A stretch of DNA of 64,000 nt from an uncultured Christensenella sp. (GCA_910578325.1 CAJTQT010000002.1:235074-299073), one strand, 5' to 3'; shown: positions 46,517-57,213, counted from the first letter of the stretch. Numbers and translations are program-made. Notes: generated by a model not told the origin, from the sequence alone.

Positions 46517-48565
46517 TTACGCTTCGCGGGATTTTGCCTCCGCGATAATCTTATCGTTGTTCATCGCCGGGACCTCTTCGTAACGCGCGTGGTGCATTTC
46601 GAATTTACCTCTACCCTGCGTCATAGACCGCAAATCCGTGGCATAACGGAACATTTCGGCTTGCGGAACTTCGGCAGTTATAATCTGCTTGCCGTTTGCC
46701 ATATCCGTGCCGAGAATTCTTCCGCGACGCTTGTTCATATCGCCGAGGATATCTCCGAGATATTCGTCAGGAACAGTGATCTTCGCTTCCATAATAGGTT
46801 CGAGGAAGCAGGGAGCCGCCGCCGCGATACCGTCGGCATAAGAGAGTTTCGCCGCCGTGACGAAAGCGATTTCCTTACTGTCGACAGGGTGATACTTTCC
46901 GTCGTAAAGCGTTGCTTTCAGATTGACCATAGGATAACCCGCGAGCACGCCGTGCTTGATAGCCTCCCTCAAACCCTTTTCAACCGCGGGAATGAACTGA
47001 CGAGGCACCGCGCCGCCGACAACAGCGTCTACAAATTCGAATTCGCCGTCCGCCGCGCCCGCTTCGTACTTGATAAACACGTCGCCGTACTGACCTGCTC
47101 CGCCCGATTGCTTTTTATGCTTACCCTCTGCCTGCGCAGTCTTTTTTATGGTCTCGCGATACGCCACTCTCGGCTCCTGCCATGCGATATCTATGCCGAG
47201 TTTCGCCTTTACGCGTTTGCACATAATATCGAGTTGAGCCTCTCCGAGTCCGCTGATGAGCACGTCGCCGGTTTCAACGTTCTTTTCTACCTTGAAAGTT
47301 GCGTCCTCTTCCTGCATCTTGATAAGTCCCTGAATCGCTTTTTCCTCGTCTTTCGCCGCTTTTACAGCATAGGAAATGACGGGAGACGGGAATTCTATCT
47401 TTTCAAACACGAGTTTGTTGCCCGAAGCGGCAAGAGTATCGTTTGTATTTGTGTACACGAGTTTCGCAACCGCGCCGATATCGCCCGCGGAAAGACCGTC
47501 GACCGTCTCCTGCTTCTTGCCTTTAAGAACGTAAATCGCGCCGACTTTTTCGGGTTTATCCTGCGAATTATTATATATATTATCTCCGCTGGACAGTTTG
47601 CCCTGTATAACTTTGAATATAAGCAATTTTCCTACGTACGGGTCTACCACGGATTTAATGACCTGCGCGCTGAACGGAGCCGCAGCGTCTACGCCGATTT
47701 CCTTAACCTCTCCGCCGACAGTCGCTTTGATTTTATGAACGCGGCCGGGATGCGGCATAAGGTCGACGATCTTATCCATAAGCCTTGCCACTCCCTTTGA
47801 ATTGAGCGCGTTACCTGCCATAAGCGGGATAAACACTTCGTCGGCGATAGCGACGTGCAAACCTTTCTGGATTTCCTCGTCGGTAAATTTTTCGCCTTCG
47901 AAGAATTTCATCATAAGTTCCTCGTCTGTTTCGGCGATCATCTCCATAAGTTTGGCAGTATACTCTTCAACGTCCGCTTTCACCACGGCGGGAGTTTCTA
48001 TAACCTTGCCCGCAAGGTCGAACGCTTTGCCGGAAAGAACGTCCACGGATCCGATCATCGCTCCGTTTTCCATAATCGGAAGTTCGACGGGAACAACGTT
48101 TTTATACTTTGCCATAATCGCTTTGACAGTTCCGTTGAAATCGGAATTGTCTTTATCCACCGCGTTGACGAATATAAACGACGGAATTTTTTTCTCTCCG
48201 CACAAATCGAGAGCCTTTTCCGTACCGACCGTAACCGAGCCGCTTGCGGAAGTGACGACTACCGCGCTGTCTGCGGCTTGCAACGCCGCCTGCATTTCGC
48301 CCTCGAAATCGAAAAAGCCGGGAACGTCGAGTATATTTATCTTCGTATCGCGATAGACCGCGTAACCCAGAGCAAGAGAAATAGAAATCTTACGTTTTAT
48401 TTCTTCGTCATCATAGTCCATAGTAGACGAACCGTCGTCCACCTTACCGAGACGGCTTATTGTTTTTGCTTCGAACATAATCGCTTCGGCAAGCGAAGTC
48501 TTTCCTTCGCCGGAGTGTCCGATAAGCGCAACGTTGCGTATAGATTGAGTGTCAAAAATTTTCAT
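46517..48565 (-). CDS. Elongation factor G family GTPase (EF-G2-like paralog, not in an str operon context)
   Basis: 'ALIGHSGEGKTSLAEAI' and 'DVPGFFDFEGE', with five-domain EF-G length (682 aa). No rpsL/rpsG/tuf neighbours are present. Confidence 0.8.
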   Translation of the reverse strand: MKIFDTQSIRNVALIGHSGEGKTSLAEAIMFEAKTISRLGKVDDGSSTMDYDDEEIKRKISISLALGYAVYRDTKINILDVPGFFDFEGEMQAALQAADSAVVVTSASGSVTVGTEKALDLCGEKKIPSFIFVNAVDKDNSDFNGTVKAIMAKYKNVVPVELPIMENGAMIGSVDVLSGKAFDLAGKVIETPAVVKADVEEYTAKLMEMIAETDEELMMKFFEGEKFTDEEIQKGLHVAIADEVFIPLMAGNALNSKGVARLMDKIVDLMPHPGRVHKIKATVGGEVKEIGVDAAAPFSAQVIKSVVDPYVGKLLIFKVIQGKLSSGDNIYNNSQDKPEKVGAIYVLKGKKQETVDGLSAGDIGAVAKLVYTNTNDTLAASGNKLVFEKIEFPSPVISYAVKAAKDEEKAIQGLIKMQEEDATFKVEKNVETGDVLISGLGEAQLDIMCKRVKAKLGIDIAWQEPRVAYRETIKKTAQAEGKHKKQSGGAGQYGDVFIKYEAGAADGEFEFVDAVVGGAVPRQFIPAVEKGLREAIKHGVLAGYPMVNLKATLYDGKYHPVDSKEIAFVTAAKLSYADGIAAAAPCFLEPIMEAKITVPDEYLGDILGDMNKRRGRILGTDMANGKQIITAEVPQAEMFRYATDLRSMTQGRGKFEMHHARYEEVPAMNNDKIIAEAKSREA

Positions 48566-48718
48566 AACTAACCCCTTTTATTAGTCGATATTAAAATTCT
48601 ATAATAAAAATATTCAAATTTCAATACCGAATTTCAAACAAATTGTAAATTTTGCACAAATTTTGCGGCGGCAGAAGGCAAAATTCGGGTTATATATGCG
48701 TACGCGCGTACATATCTT

Positions 48719-49474
48719 ATGGATATGACAACCATAGGCGTATACGACAGCGGCATAGGCGGACTCACAACGGCGAAAATACTTCTCAACAGATTTGCAG
48801 GCAACGATTTATTTTATTTTGCCGATAATCTGAATCACCCCTTCGGGAACAAAGACGAGGACAGTTTAAAGGAAACGGTTCGAAAAGGAATCGCGCACGT
48901 AAAAGCGCATTCCGACATCGTAGTGCTCGCCTGCAACACCGCGTCGTCCGTAACCGAAGAAAAGGACGTTATAAAACTGCTTCCGCCTATCGGAGACTTC
49001 TGCGAAGACGCCGAAAACACTCTTATAATGGCAACCAACCGCACTCTCTGCAAGATCTCGGACATCAAATCGGACGACGCATCGCAAAATAAATCCGCTT
49101 TTCTGCGAGATTTCAAAAAGGCGGACACCTCCGAACTTGCTACGCTCGTAGAAATACAGGCAAGTTTGCAAAGCAGAAAAGGCAATCTTGATATGACGGA
49201 ATTGCTTCCCTACTTCGCAGAGAGGATATTTTCATTCAAGGGCGTAAAAAACGTAATTCTCGGATGCTCGCATTACCTATACTGCAAGCCGCAGATAAGC
49301 AAGATACTGGGCGCGGTAAACTATTTCGACGGCAATGAATATCTTTGCCGCGAACTTGAAACCCAAATCTCCGCGCACCCGCAGTCTCCTGCGAAAATAA
49401 CTTTCGGATTCACTTCGCAAAATGAAGAAAAAAAGTATGACAGAATTTTGAAAATCCTGATGAATACCGACTGA
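48719..49474 (+). CDS. murI: Glutamate racemase
   Basis: 'GVYDSGIGGLT', 'LACNTAS' and 'GCSHY' catalytic cysteine motifs. Confidence 0.85.
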   Translation: MDMTTIGVYDSGIGGLTTAKILLNRFAGNDLFYFADNLNHPFGNKDEDSLKETVRKGIAHVKAHSDIVVLACNTASSVTEEKDVIKLLPPIGDFCEDAENTLIMATNRTLCKISDIKSDDASQNKSAFLRDFKKADTSELATLVEIQASLQSRKGNLDMTELLPYFAERIFSFKGVKNVILGCSHYLYCKPQISKILGAVNYFDGNEYLCRELETQISAHPQSPAKITFGFTSQNEEKKYDRILKILMNTD

Positions 49475-49511
49475 AACAGGCATTCTAACGGCATATTTTA
49501 TAATATTTAGA

Positions 49512-50375
49512 CTATCTCCCGAACGTACGGTTGAGCGCGGAGGCTATTACTCCCGCTGACGCTTCGACGAGATAGTCTATTTCTTTCGGCGCAACGACAA
49601 GGTTGGAAAGATTTTTGTCAACCATACTTGCGCGAAGGCGGTATTCGTCGATTTCTCCCCCCGTCTGCTCGGAATAATCCTTTACGAAATTGTATATCGC
49701 GGTACGCATCGAAAGCATAAGCGGCACGCCTATGGCAACCGTCGGCACGCCCAGCACGGACTTGTCTATACGCTGTTTATCCTGTCCTACTCCCGCGCCG
49801 GGGGAAATGCCCGAAGTGCTTATCTGAAACGACGTACCCACTCGGGAAACCGAACTGGTTGCAAGGCTGTCAATCAGAATTACCGCGCAGGGCTTGACCT
49901 TTTCAGTAACCGCGCTCGCAATATCTGCGGACTGAATACCCGTCGTACCCAGAACTCCGGTAGTCATCGCGCAGACGCACTGTCTCGAATAAGACTGTAA
50001 ATACTGTTTTGTGACCTCTACGCCCTCAACCGTGCGCACGCCTAGCGCATCGGCGATTATTCCGCCGTTTCCCAACCCTATAACTAGTACGGGAACAGAC
50101 TTTCGCAGAGTGCCCAGCAATCCAGCCACAGTTGAGGATACGTAGCCCGACAAGGTTTTCAACGCACTCTCGCTGTCGTAAATATTTCGCGGACAGTCGT
50201 AAGTGACGTACACTCCGCGCTCGCGTCCTATTCGTTTTGAGAGTTCGAGACTTTTTACGTTGAGGCACCTCTGAACGATGCCGTAAGACATAGTCGTTTG
50301 TTTTGACAATTCTCCAAGTCCCGCCGCTTCTGCGGCTTCGACAGCCATATCGGTGACAATTTCCGTTGAATTCAT
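49512..50375 (-). CDS. gpr: Germination protease (spore SASP endopeptidase) GPR
   Basis: 'VLVIGLGNGGIIADALG' and overall GPR-like length. It is divergent from rpsT, as in Bacillus. Confidence 0.8.
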   Translation of the reverse strand: MNSTEIVTDMAVEAAEAAGLGELSKQTTMSYGIVQRCLNVKSLELSKRIGRERGVYVTYDCPRNIYDSESALKTLSGYVSSTVAGLLGTLRKSVPVLVIGLGNGGIIADALGVRTVEGVEVTKQYLQSYSRQCVCAMTTGVLGTTGIQSADIASAVTEKVKPCAVILIDSLATSSVSRVGTSFQISTSGISPGAGVGQDKQRIDKSVLGVPTVAIGVPLMLSMRTAIYNFVKDYSEQTGGEIDEYRLRASMVDKNLSNLVVAPKEIDYLVEASAGVIASALNRTFGR

Positions 50376-50417
50376 AGATTTATTATGTATAATAACGAAA
50401 AATCAATGCAAAAATTG

Positions 50418-50446
50418 TTGCAACTTGTTTGCGATTATGATAAGAT
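50418..50446 (+). promoter_or_regulatory. Putative sigmaA promoter of rpsT
   Basis: TTGCAA, a 17-nt spacer, then TGaTAAGAT (extended -10), about 45 nt upstream of the ATG. AGGAG is the SD. Confidence 0.5.
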
Positions 50447-50488
50447 ATCAAAGATATTTAGTCAGTACAAACGTACGAGGAGAAAAAT

Positions 50489-50761
50489 ATGCCAAATATT
50501 AAGTCAGCAAAAAAGAGAGTCATCACTTCGCAAAAGAAAAACGAAATCAACACCGCGAAAAAATCGCGCGTAAGGACTGCTCTTAAAAAATACAATGCCG
50601 CTATCGACGCAAACGACGTCGCTCTCGCAGAAAAACTTCTTCCCGAGACTATGTCCGTTATCGATTGCGCAATGAAAGACGGTATTTATAAAGCAAACAC
50701 TGCGGCAAGAAAAAAAGCGACTATCTGCCGCGCTCTCGACAAAATCAAAAACGTTAAATAA
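50489..50761 (+). CDS. rpsT: 30S ribosomal protein S20
   Basis: 'MPNIKSAKKRVITSQKKNEINTAKKS', 90 aa. Confidence 0.95.
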   Translation: MPNIKSAKKRVITSQKKNEINTAKKSRVRTALKKYNAAIDANDVALAEKLLPETMSVIDCAMKDGIYKANTAARKKATICRALDKIKNVK

Positions 50762-50778
50762 GCGGCTTAATCACGCTT

Positions 50779-50812
50779 AAAAAGAAGGCTGTCTTTAAAG
50801 CAGCCTTTTTTA
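50779..50812 (+). terminator. rpsT terminator
   Basis: AAGGCTG-loop-CAGCCTTTTTTAT. Confidence 0.7.
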
Positions 50813-50850
50813 TGTACTTATTCTTCCCTGCGTTTAAACATTAACTTTAA

Positions 50851-50888
50851 ATATTAAATGCGCGCATAATATTGCGCGCATTTAATAT
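50851..50888 (-). terminator. 15-bp stem hairpin after the S8 peptidase gene
   Basis: ATATTAAATGCGCGC-ataatatt-GCGCGCATTTAATAT. Confidence 0.55.
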
Positions 50889-50908
50889 AACACTCCAAGT
50901 CGATAACT

Positions 50909-52798
50909 CTATTTCTTTAATTTTTTATGCTTAGCAATGACGACTGCCGTCAACGCTCCGACAACCGCAACGATAACAACGCAGGCGGTAAATGTATAGA
51001 TGACAAGTTCTTTCCTGAAAGTTTTATCGGGAAGTTCATCCCCCGCTACGGCAAGCATCACGGGCGTGGTAAATACGCCTTTGACTTTTGCCTTTATCTC
51101 AAACTTTCCGACAGAATCAGGCGTAAATACAAACTCTTTCCCTCCCGCGGCATAAACACCGTTTACGTACCACATTATTCTGTCTGAGTCGACAGGAACG
51201 AAATTCTCGCAATTTTCAAGCCGCAGAACGTATTCCGTCCCGATTGCTAAGACGGAAGTATTCTCAACGCCGGATAAACTCTCTTTTTCGTACACGGCAG
51301 TTTTGACTTTTCTAATCGTTACATCATTATAAGGCATATAACTTACCGCAAGTTCAACCGAGCGCTCAATCTGTCTGAGAACTAAATTTTCACTGTCGTC
51401 GTTAGTCCAAACCGCCACTATATGCGTTGTGCCGACCTTATTTTCCGGCATAAACTCCAATTCAGATCCTTCGCCTAACTTGTTTTCTCCCGAAAACCAC
51501 TCAACCTTTCCATTGACATTCTGAGAAGAAAGTTCAAATTTCAATTTGACTTTCCTAACTTCGCCGAGATACTGTGTGCTGAATGCAGGATTTTCGAGAA
51601 CGATTTCCGCATTCACCCAGTCGAATCCCACAAGTGTCCCGATATCGAATATCGGATAATCGACACCGCCCTTTTTCAACGTCGAGTAAGCGGTGTTGCG
51701 AACCATTGCCGTAAGTTCTGAAACGGATATATTTCTTTTAGTAGCGTCTTTCATTGCGCGGAACTTCATCGTAAGCAGCGCCGAACCGAAAGCCACGACG
51801 GGAGATGCCATACTCGTGCCGTAAAGAGACTTATATATATCCGTGCCGTTGCCGTCCGCGCTGTAAATATCCGAGCCTGCCGCACACAAATCGTAATCCT
51901 TCCCGTAATTACTGCCGCCGTTTTTGGATTCATACAGTTTATTTTCACGAGTGTGATTCATCACTCCGATGACGTTTTTATTTCCTGCAGGATAACGCGT
52001 ATAATCCACCGTTACGCCAAATATATTCGGTCTTTTTCCGCTTTCATGCCCCTCATTGCCCGCCGCGGCAACCAGAATCGCCTTTTCGTGGGCATCATAC
52101 GATACGGAATTCGGATCTTCAAAACCTCCGAATCCCGACGACGTGGAAGCGAGCGACATATTTATTACAGACGCTCCGTGATCCAGCGCGAGATCGATAG
52201 CATCCTCTACCGCCTGCGAGCGGAAATCGCCTTTGTATGCGCCTTTTATGGGCATAATCTTGATATAATCCTCCAAATCCAGAGCGTGTATAAACGTCGC
52301 GACGATACCCGCCACGTGAGTGCCGTGCCTGTTCTCTATATCGTCCGTCATATCTCCTTTGGGGTAATAATGCTGTGAAGCAGGAACCGTGTTATAGCAC
52401 ACGGGCAACCCGTCACTGTCTCTCAAAAGCACGTCGTACTGCCCGACTCCGTTTGAATCTACCTCTCCCACAATTTCCTTACCGTTTTCATCATACTTGC
52501 CCGTAAACAAAATGTGGTCGAGATTTATGCCGGTGTCTATAACCGCTACCACGATCGGATCAGATTTCAGATATTCAAAATCATATTCCGAGGACTGCGT
52601 CCAACTGTCCGTCATCTTTTTGAGGCTTTCAATGTCTAAGTGCTCTCTGTCCAGTTGCCAGTCCAAATCTTTATCCGAAACCGCAACGTTATAACTGTCC
52701 GGCAGGACCGCAAATGCGACGTCCGTCGGCAACAGAATAAACGTAAACAGCGCAACCGCTATAAACATAATAGGCATTGTTTTACGCAAAAATCTCAT
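50909..52798 (-). CDS. Secreted S8 serine peptidase with a C-terminal membrane anchor
   Basis: Signal peptide, 'AVIDTGIN', 'HGTHVAGIVA' and 'GTSMASPVVA', and a C-terminal TM plus 'KHKKLKK'. Confidence 0.85.
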   Translation of the reverse strand: MRFLRKTMPIMFIAVALFTFILLPTDVAFAVLPDSYNVAVSDKDLDWQLDREHLDIESLKKMTDSWTQSSEYDFEYLKSDPIVVAVIDTGINLDHILFTGKYDENGKEIVGEVDSNGVGQYDVLLRDSDGLPVCYNTVPASQHYYPKGDMTDDIENRHGTHVAGIVATFIHALDLEDYIKIMPIKGAYKGDFRSQAVEDAIDLALDHGASVINMSLASTSSGFGGFEDPNSVSYDAHEKAILVAAAGNEGHESGKRPNIFGVTVDYTRYPAGNKNVIGVMNHTRENKLYESKNGGSNYGKDYDLCAAGSDIYSADGNGTDIYKSLYGTSMASPVVAFGSALLTMKFRAMKDATKRNISVSELTAMVRNTAYSTLKKGGVDYPIFDIGTLVGFDWVNAEIVLENPAFSTQYLGEVRKVKLKFELSSQNVNGKVEWFSGENKLGEGSELEFMPENKVGTTHIVAVWTNDDSENLVLRQIERSVELAVSYMPYNDVTIRKVKTAVYEKESLSGVENTSVLAIGTEYVLRLENCENFVPVDSDRIMWYVNGVYAAGGKEFVFTPDSVGKFEIKAKVKGVFTTPVMLAVAGDELPDKTFRKELVIYTFTACVVIVAVVGALTAVVIAKHKKLKK

Positions 52799-53008
52799 AC
52801 AGCCTCTATATAATATACAAAATTATTATATATGCTTTATTACGTTTTGTATAGACCAAAATTAAAAAACACCGTCGGCGATTGAAAAACCGCATATCTA
52901 AACGACTGTTTTTAAAATTTAAATTTGTCCGTACACTTTATTCGACATATAAAAAAAGCGCCCTGACCGCAAAAGAGTCGGACGCGTATATACACGTTAA
53001 TTAAGCAA

Positions 53009-53926
53009 TTAAATCCAGACCAGTTTGTTATCGGGAGTAAGCGTAGCCCACTTTCCGTCCTTTTTTACCTTTGCTTCCCCTCCCTCAAAAGGAGTCGCGG
53101 CGTCATATTCAAAGGGCACAACCACTTCGTTGTCCTTGTTTATATATCCGCACTTATCGCCCTTGACAACCATAGCAAAACCTTCTGAAAAACTCATTGC
53201 CGTGTCATAATCGAAAGGAACCACTATATTGTTATCCTTGTCGATATAACCGCACTTGCCTTCGAGTTCCACAGAAGCAAGCCCCTCTTTAAAGCAGAAG
53301 ACCTCGTCGTACATAGTGGGCACGACAATTTTGAATCCGTCGCTGAAACCCCATTTGCCGCCTTTCATAACCTTGCGCCAATTCTCCACGCTCAGAGGCT
53401 CTGTAAGTTTCTCGGGGCGCACGGGACGGCTATTGTTCTGCGGTCGGCGAGGTTGTTGATGCTGTTGTTTAGGCTCCGTCCGTCTGTCGGCAAGACCGAA
53501 TTTCGACCCGCGCGGCTCTTCTTGTTCGAATCTATTCCTTTCCCGCGGATTTTTCTGCGGTTTAGGCTGTTTTTCGGATCGCACGTCGTTCGCAACGGAC
53601 GCTCCGTCAGATTGCGGACGGGGTTTAGGCGTTTCCTTACGCAGGCTCAGTTCGGCGGCTTTAAGAGAATCCTTGATTTCAAAAAGCATTTTCTTATTGA
53701 AACCCTGTATTCTGTAAAGGTCTTTTTCCGTACGCTTAACGATATCGCCCGCGTTGTTTATTCTGTTTTTAGAAAGAAGTTCGCGCGTAGCGGGACTTAT
53801 ACCCAGTTCTTCGAGCGTTTGCGAAAGTTGCTCCGCAGTATACAAAACGTCGGCGGATACTTCCGAAGCGGAATCCGTCCTCTGCGATTTGTTTTTATTG
53901 CGGTAATAGAATTTTTTATTTGCCAT
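53009..53926 (-). CDS. Protein with an RNAP alpha-CTD-like helix-hairpin-helix domain, a basic Q/P/R-rich linker, and WG (KWG-type) repeats
   Basis: 'LEELGISPATRELLSKNRINNAGDIVKRTEKDLYRIQGFNKKMLFEIKDSL' resembles the RpoA CTD. C-terminal repeats include 'KWGFSDGF..VVPTMYD', 'KCGYIDKDNNIVVPFDYD', 'KCGYINKDNEVVVPFEYD' and 'KWATLTPD'. Confidence 0.55.
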   Translation of the reverse strand: MANKKFYYRNKNKSQRTDSASEVSADVLYTAEQLSQTLEELGISPATRELLSKNRINNAGDIVKRTEKDLYRIQGFNKKMLFEIKDSLKAAELSLRKETPKPRPQSDGASVANDVRSEKQPKPQKNPRERNRFEQEEPRGSKFGLADRRTEPKQQHQQPRRPQNNSRPVRPEKLTEPLSVENWRKVMKGGKWGFSDGFKIVVPTMYDEVFCFKEGLASVELEGKCGYIDKDNNIVVPFDYDTAMSFSEGFAMVVKGDKCGYINKDNEVVVPFEYDAATPFEGGEAKVKKDGKWATLTPDNKLVWI

Positions 53927-54017
53927 ATATAACCTTATAAGCATTCTAACATATTTATATAACTATTTCAAGCAATAAACCCATAAAGTTGACTTTCGGC
54001 GACAAGTTGTCTATACT

Positions 54018-56510
54018 ATGACTATGAAACCGTCAAACGTATTTTCCCGACGCGGACGTATGTTTCCGTTCGGTATTATTTTAATAACTCTTGTCTTTGC
54101 GCTTGCTTTGGCATCGGCATTTTTATGCGCGATATCTGCTCCGACCGGCGCCGCCGACGCAGAGGACGGCGACACTTTTTCCGTCGTATTCCCTACCGTA
54201 AGTTATTTCCAGTCAAACGAACCGACGCTTGTATCTGCAAATAACGACTATCTGATAATATACGACGAATCTGTCTCTTCTCTTTTTGTGCGCAAAAACG
54301 GTTTCGCAGGCACTTATACGTATCCTATCGACATCGATAACGCCGAATTTGTGAAAGCGGTCGGCCATACCGCGTTTATATACGCAGACGGCAACTGCTA
54401 TACCGTTGACTTATCCGATTCGCAGGCGAAACCTGTAAAGCGCGACCTTCCCACCCCCCAGAATGCCAACTATTTCCGAAGCGACGGCACTTATCTTTAC
54501 GCAAAATCGTCATCGGGGTACATAACTATTTACGACGAAAACCTCGAAGTTGCTTTCGGAATTGACGATTACGTATATCTCGACGGCAAAATCAACGTAT
54601 TTGCGGGTATGGATCCGCTCGCAGGCGAAAACGGTCTCATTTATTATTTCCCGTCCATATTCGGAAATCCGTTCTATGTTGTTTACGACCCCGTCAATGG
54701 CGAACGCAAAGTGAATACGCTTATGAACTGCTTTATTACAGAGGCTTACGTCGGCGATATAATCTACGCGCAGGTCAGTTCCGTTGCGGGCATTGAGGAA
54801 ACGGGCGGCGACAATCCGCTTATAGGTATGGACAAAGAGACCGGGAAGGTTCTGTTTACATCGGAAATCATTCCCGACAGTTTCTGCGCAACAGGCGACA
54901 AACTCTTTACGATCGAAGGCAAACAAATCGTAACTTACACTCTGGAAAAATCCGAGGAAGGCGAATATATCGGTTTTAAAAAATTATCCACAATAAGTAT
55001 GGCAGGCAGCGACGCGCATCACCTCGACCGCCCCAACGACGTCACTGTTTTCGACGGCAGAACCGCGGTTGCGGACGGCGCGAACAAACGTATAGGATTG
55101 ATAGACAGCGCGGGCGTTATGACGGATATCCAACTCGATTTCGAACCTTTGCGCATCACAAACGACAGTTCGGGGCTCTACGCGCTATCTTCCGACGGCA
55201 GAATAGTCAAAGTGGAAGGCTCGGAGATTACGCGCACATATACGGCCGAAGGCGCCGTTGACATTGCATATCTCGATAAACTCTATCTCCTAAAACCGGA
55301 CGGACTTTACACTGCGCTCGGAGGAGGCGTTTATAAACTTGCGGATATCGACGGCGGAAAGCGCATATCCTGCGCTAAAGACGGAACAAACGTATACATA
55401 CTCACCGACAACTCCATAGAGGTGTTCACAAGAGACGGAAAACGTCTTACTCAATTTAACGACGACTTCGCGGAGGCAGTAGACGTTGCGATTGATTACG
55501 CAGGACAAATCATAATACTCTACCCCGACCGCGTGGAGAATTACACCAACAACGCAGGCGTGCTGACACTGCTGAATCAAACCGTTTTCCGTTGCGCGAC
55601 AGCCAACGCTCACGCAAATTCGTTTTACCTCAACGGAAAGCATATCCTGTTTACCGCAGACGAATGTCTTATCGGCAAATCGTCTGTCGACGCTGTTACA
55701 AAAGATACTTTCGAATCACATCCGTTTATACCGACGCAAAACGAAGTTTACAGTTTCGCTAAGCGGAAAACCGACACCGATTCCTACATAATTCCGTCCG
55801 ACGGCCGTATGGAAGCAATCAAGGAAGCGCCATCGGAAACGGTTATCTTATTTGATAACGTGGAGTGCATAAGCGAAAACCACGCCTACGCACTTCTTAA
55901 CGGCGAATTCTTCATAATTCAAAAAAACGACTTTGACGAAGTACAAACCGAAACATTAACTGGAGAATATGCCGCTATAACGGATACTTCCCTGTACACA
56001 TTGCCCGAAGTGAACACCGGCAGAACCTCAATAGCAGCGGGCGCGAGATTCAACCGCATCAGCGATTGCGCTGACTACGACGGCGGACAGTGGATACGAG
56101 TCGAGTACGGCGAAAAAATCTATTTCGTCAAAGCGGCGGACTGCGAAGAATATATCTACGTCATTCCCGAAGAGGAAAAGGTTTACGGCAAGGCAAAGGC
56201 AGGGCGAGTCGGCGGACTTGTGGACGTATTTGCCGAAGCCGACGAGGGATCGGAAGTGATTACGCAAATCGTCGACGGTACGCAAGTTGAAATTGTAGAC
56301 GAAACGGAAAACTTTTATATGGTAAGAATCGGAGATGACAAATTCGGTTATATGCGCAAATCCGAAGTGGAATTCGGAGGACTGACCACCGTACAGATTG
56401 TTGCGATAGTGCTTGCCGTATTCGTAGTGCTTTCGGGAATATGCGTCTTTGCCGCAATTCAACTCACCAAAAAGAAGGCGGCCGAATCGGCGAAGAAGAA
56501 AGACAGATAG
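54018..56510 (+). CDS. Large exported protein (beta-propeller/NHL-like repeats, two C-terminal SH3b-like modules, C-terminal TM anchor)
   Basis: Signal/anchor 'FPFGIILITLVFALALASAF', 'HLDRPNDVTVFDG..ANKRIGLIDSAG', an SH3b-like 'GQWIRVEYGEKIYFVKAADC', and a C-terminal TM plus K-rich end. Confidence 0.55.
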   Translation: MTMKPSNVFSRRGRMFPFGIILITLVFALALASAFLCAISAPTGAADAEDGDTFSVVFPTVSYFQSNEPTLVSANNDYLIIYDESVSSLFVRKNGFAGTYTYPIDIDNAEFVKAVGHTAFIYADGNCYTVDLSDSQAKPVKRDLPTPQNANYFRSDGTYLYAKSSSGYITIYDENLEVAFGIDDYVYLDGKINVFAGMDPLAGENGLIYYFPSIFGNPFYVVYDPVNGERKVNTLMNCFITEAYVGDIIYAQVSSVAGIEETGGDNPLIGMDKETGKVLFTSEIIPDSFCATGDKLFTIEGKQIVTYTLEKSEEGEYIGFKKLSTISMAGSDAHHLDRPNDVTVFDGRTAVADGANKRIGLIDSAGVMTDIQLDFEPLRITNDSSGLYALSSDGRIVKVEGSEITRTYTAEGAVDIAYLDKLYLLKPDGLYTALGGGVYKLADIDGGKRISCAKDGTNVYILTDNSIEVFTRDGKRLTQFNDDFAEAVDVAIDYAGQIIILYPDRVENYTNNAGVLTLLNQTVFRCATANAHANSFYLNGKHILFTADECLIGKSSVDAVTKDTFESHPFIPTQNEVYSFAKRKTDTDSYIIPSDGRMEAIKEAPSETVILFDNVECISENHAYALLNGEFFIIQKNDFDEVQTETLTGEYAAITDTSLYTLPEVNTGRTSIAAGARFNRISDCADYDGGQWIRVEYGEKIYFVKAADCEEYIYVIPEEEKVYGKAKAGRVGGLVDVFAEADEGSEVITQIVDGTQVEIVDETENFYMVRIGDDKFGYMRKSEVEFGGLTTVQIVAIVLAVFVVLSGICVFAAIQLTKKKAAESAKKKDR

Positions 56511-56557
56511 TTTTAGAATCAGAACTGTTCCGATATATCAAAATCAAATCACAAACT

Positions 56558-56587
56558 AAAAGCGCGCGGATAAATCCGCGCGCTTTA
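56558..56587. terminator. Bidirectional terminator between convergent genes
   Basis: AAAGCGCGCGGA-taaa-TCCGCGCGCTTT. Confidence 0.65.
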
Positions 56588-56619
56588 CTTTAATAAACAA
56601 TCCGTTTACGTCATAGGGT

Positions 56620-57213
56620 TTATTTTACTTCATAAGGAGCAAGGACACCCTCCTGCGGTTTTATCCCGTCGTGAGAAGCGTTATACTGCCCTATATATTT
56701 TTCCAGTATGGCAATGGCCTCGTCCGCGGTTTTAACGCCGAAAACTTTATCTTCCTCTATTTCTTCATAACGCACGCGGTAATCCATTCGTTTGCCCGCA
56801 ATCTGACCGCTCCATCCGTCTGCGTCGGCATAGGCGAGCATAAGTCTTTTCAAAGTCCAGGCAGTGGCAAGTTCGGACAAAGTACCCGCGCCGCCGCCGA
56901 CCGCTATAACCGCGTCGGAATTCGCAACGATAAAATTGCGATAGATATCAAGTCCCGTGCCTATAACTATATCGGCTAAGCCGTTGGTTTTGCTTCTGTC
57001 AAAAAACGGAAGAATTGCAACCGTATCGCCCTCCTGATAGAACTCGGATGCACGCGCGCCCTCGAAAGCCGCTTGCATTACGCCGCCCATTCCTCCGGAC
57101 ACGACTCTGTATCCGTTGTCCACCAACGCCTTACCCATAGCGTAGGCAAACGCGCGTTTGTTGCTGTCGTTGTCTATAACCGCATCGCCTATGATTGAAA
57201 CAAGTTTTTTCAT
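56620..57213 (-). CDS. TIGR00725/LOG-like (SLOG superfamily) Rossmann protein
   Basis: 'SGGMGGVMQAAFEGA' and 'VGGGAGTLSELATAW'. Confidence 0.7.
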   Translation of the reverse strand: MKKLVSIIGDAVIDNDSNKRAFAYAMGKALVDNGYRVVSGGMGGVMQAAFEGARASEFYQEGDTVAILPFFDRSKTNGLADIVIGTGLDIYRNFIVANSDAVIAVGGGAGTLSELATAWTLKRLMLAYADADGWSGQIAGKRMDYRVRYEEIEEDKVFGVKTADEAIAILEKYIGQYNASHDGIKPQEGVLAPYEVK

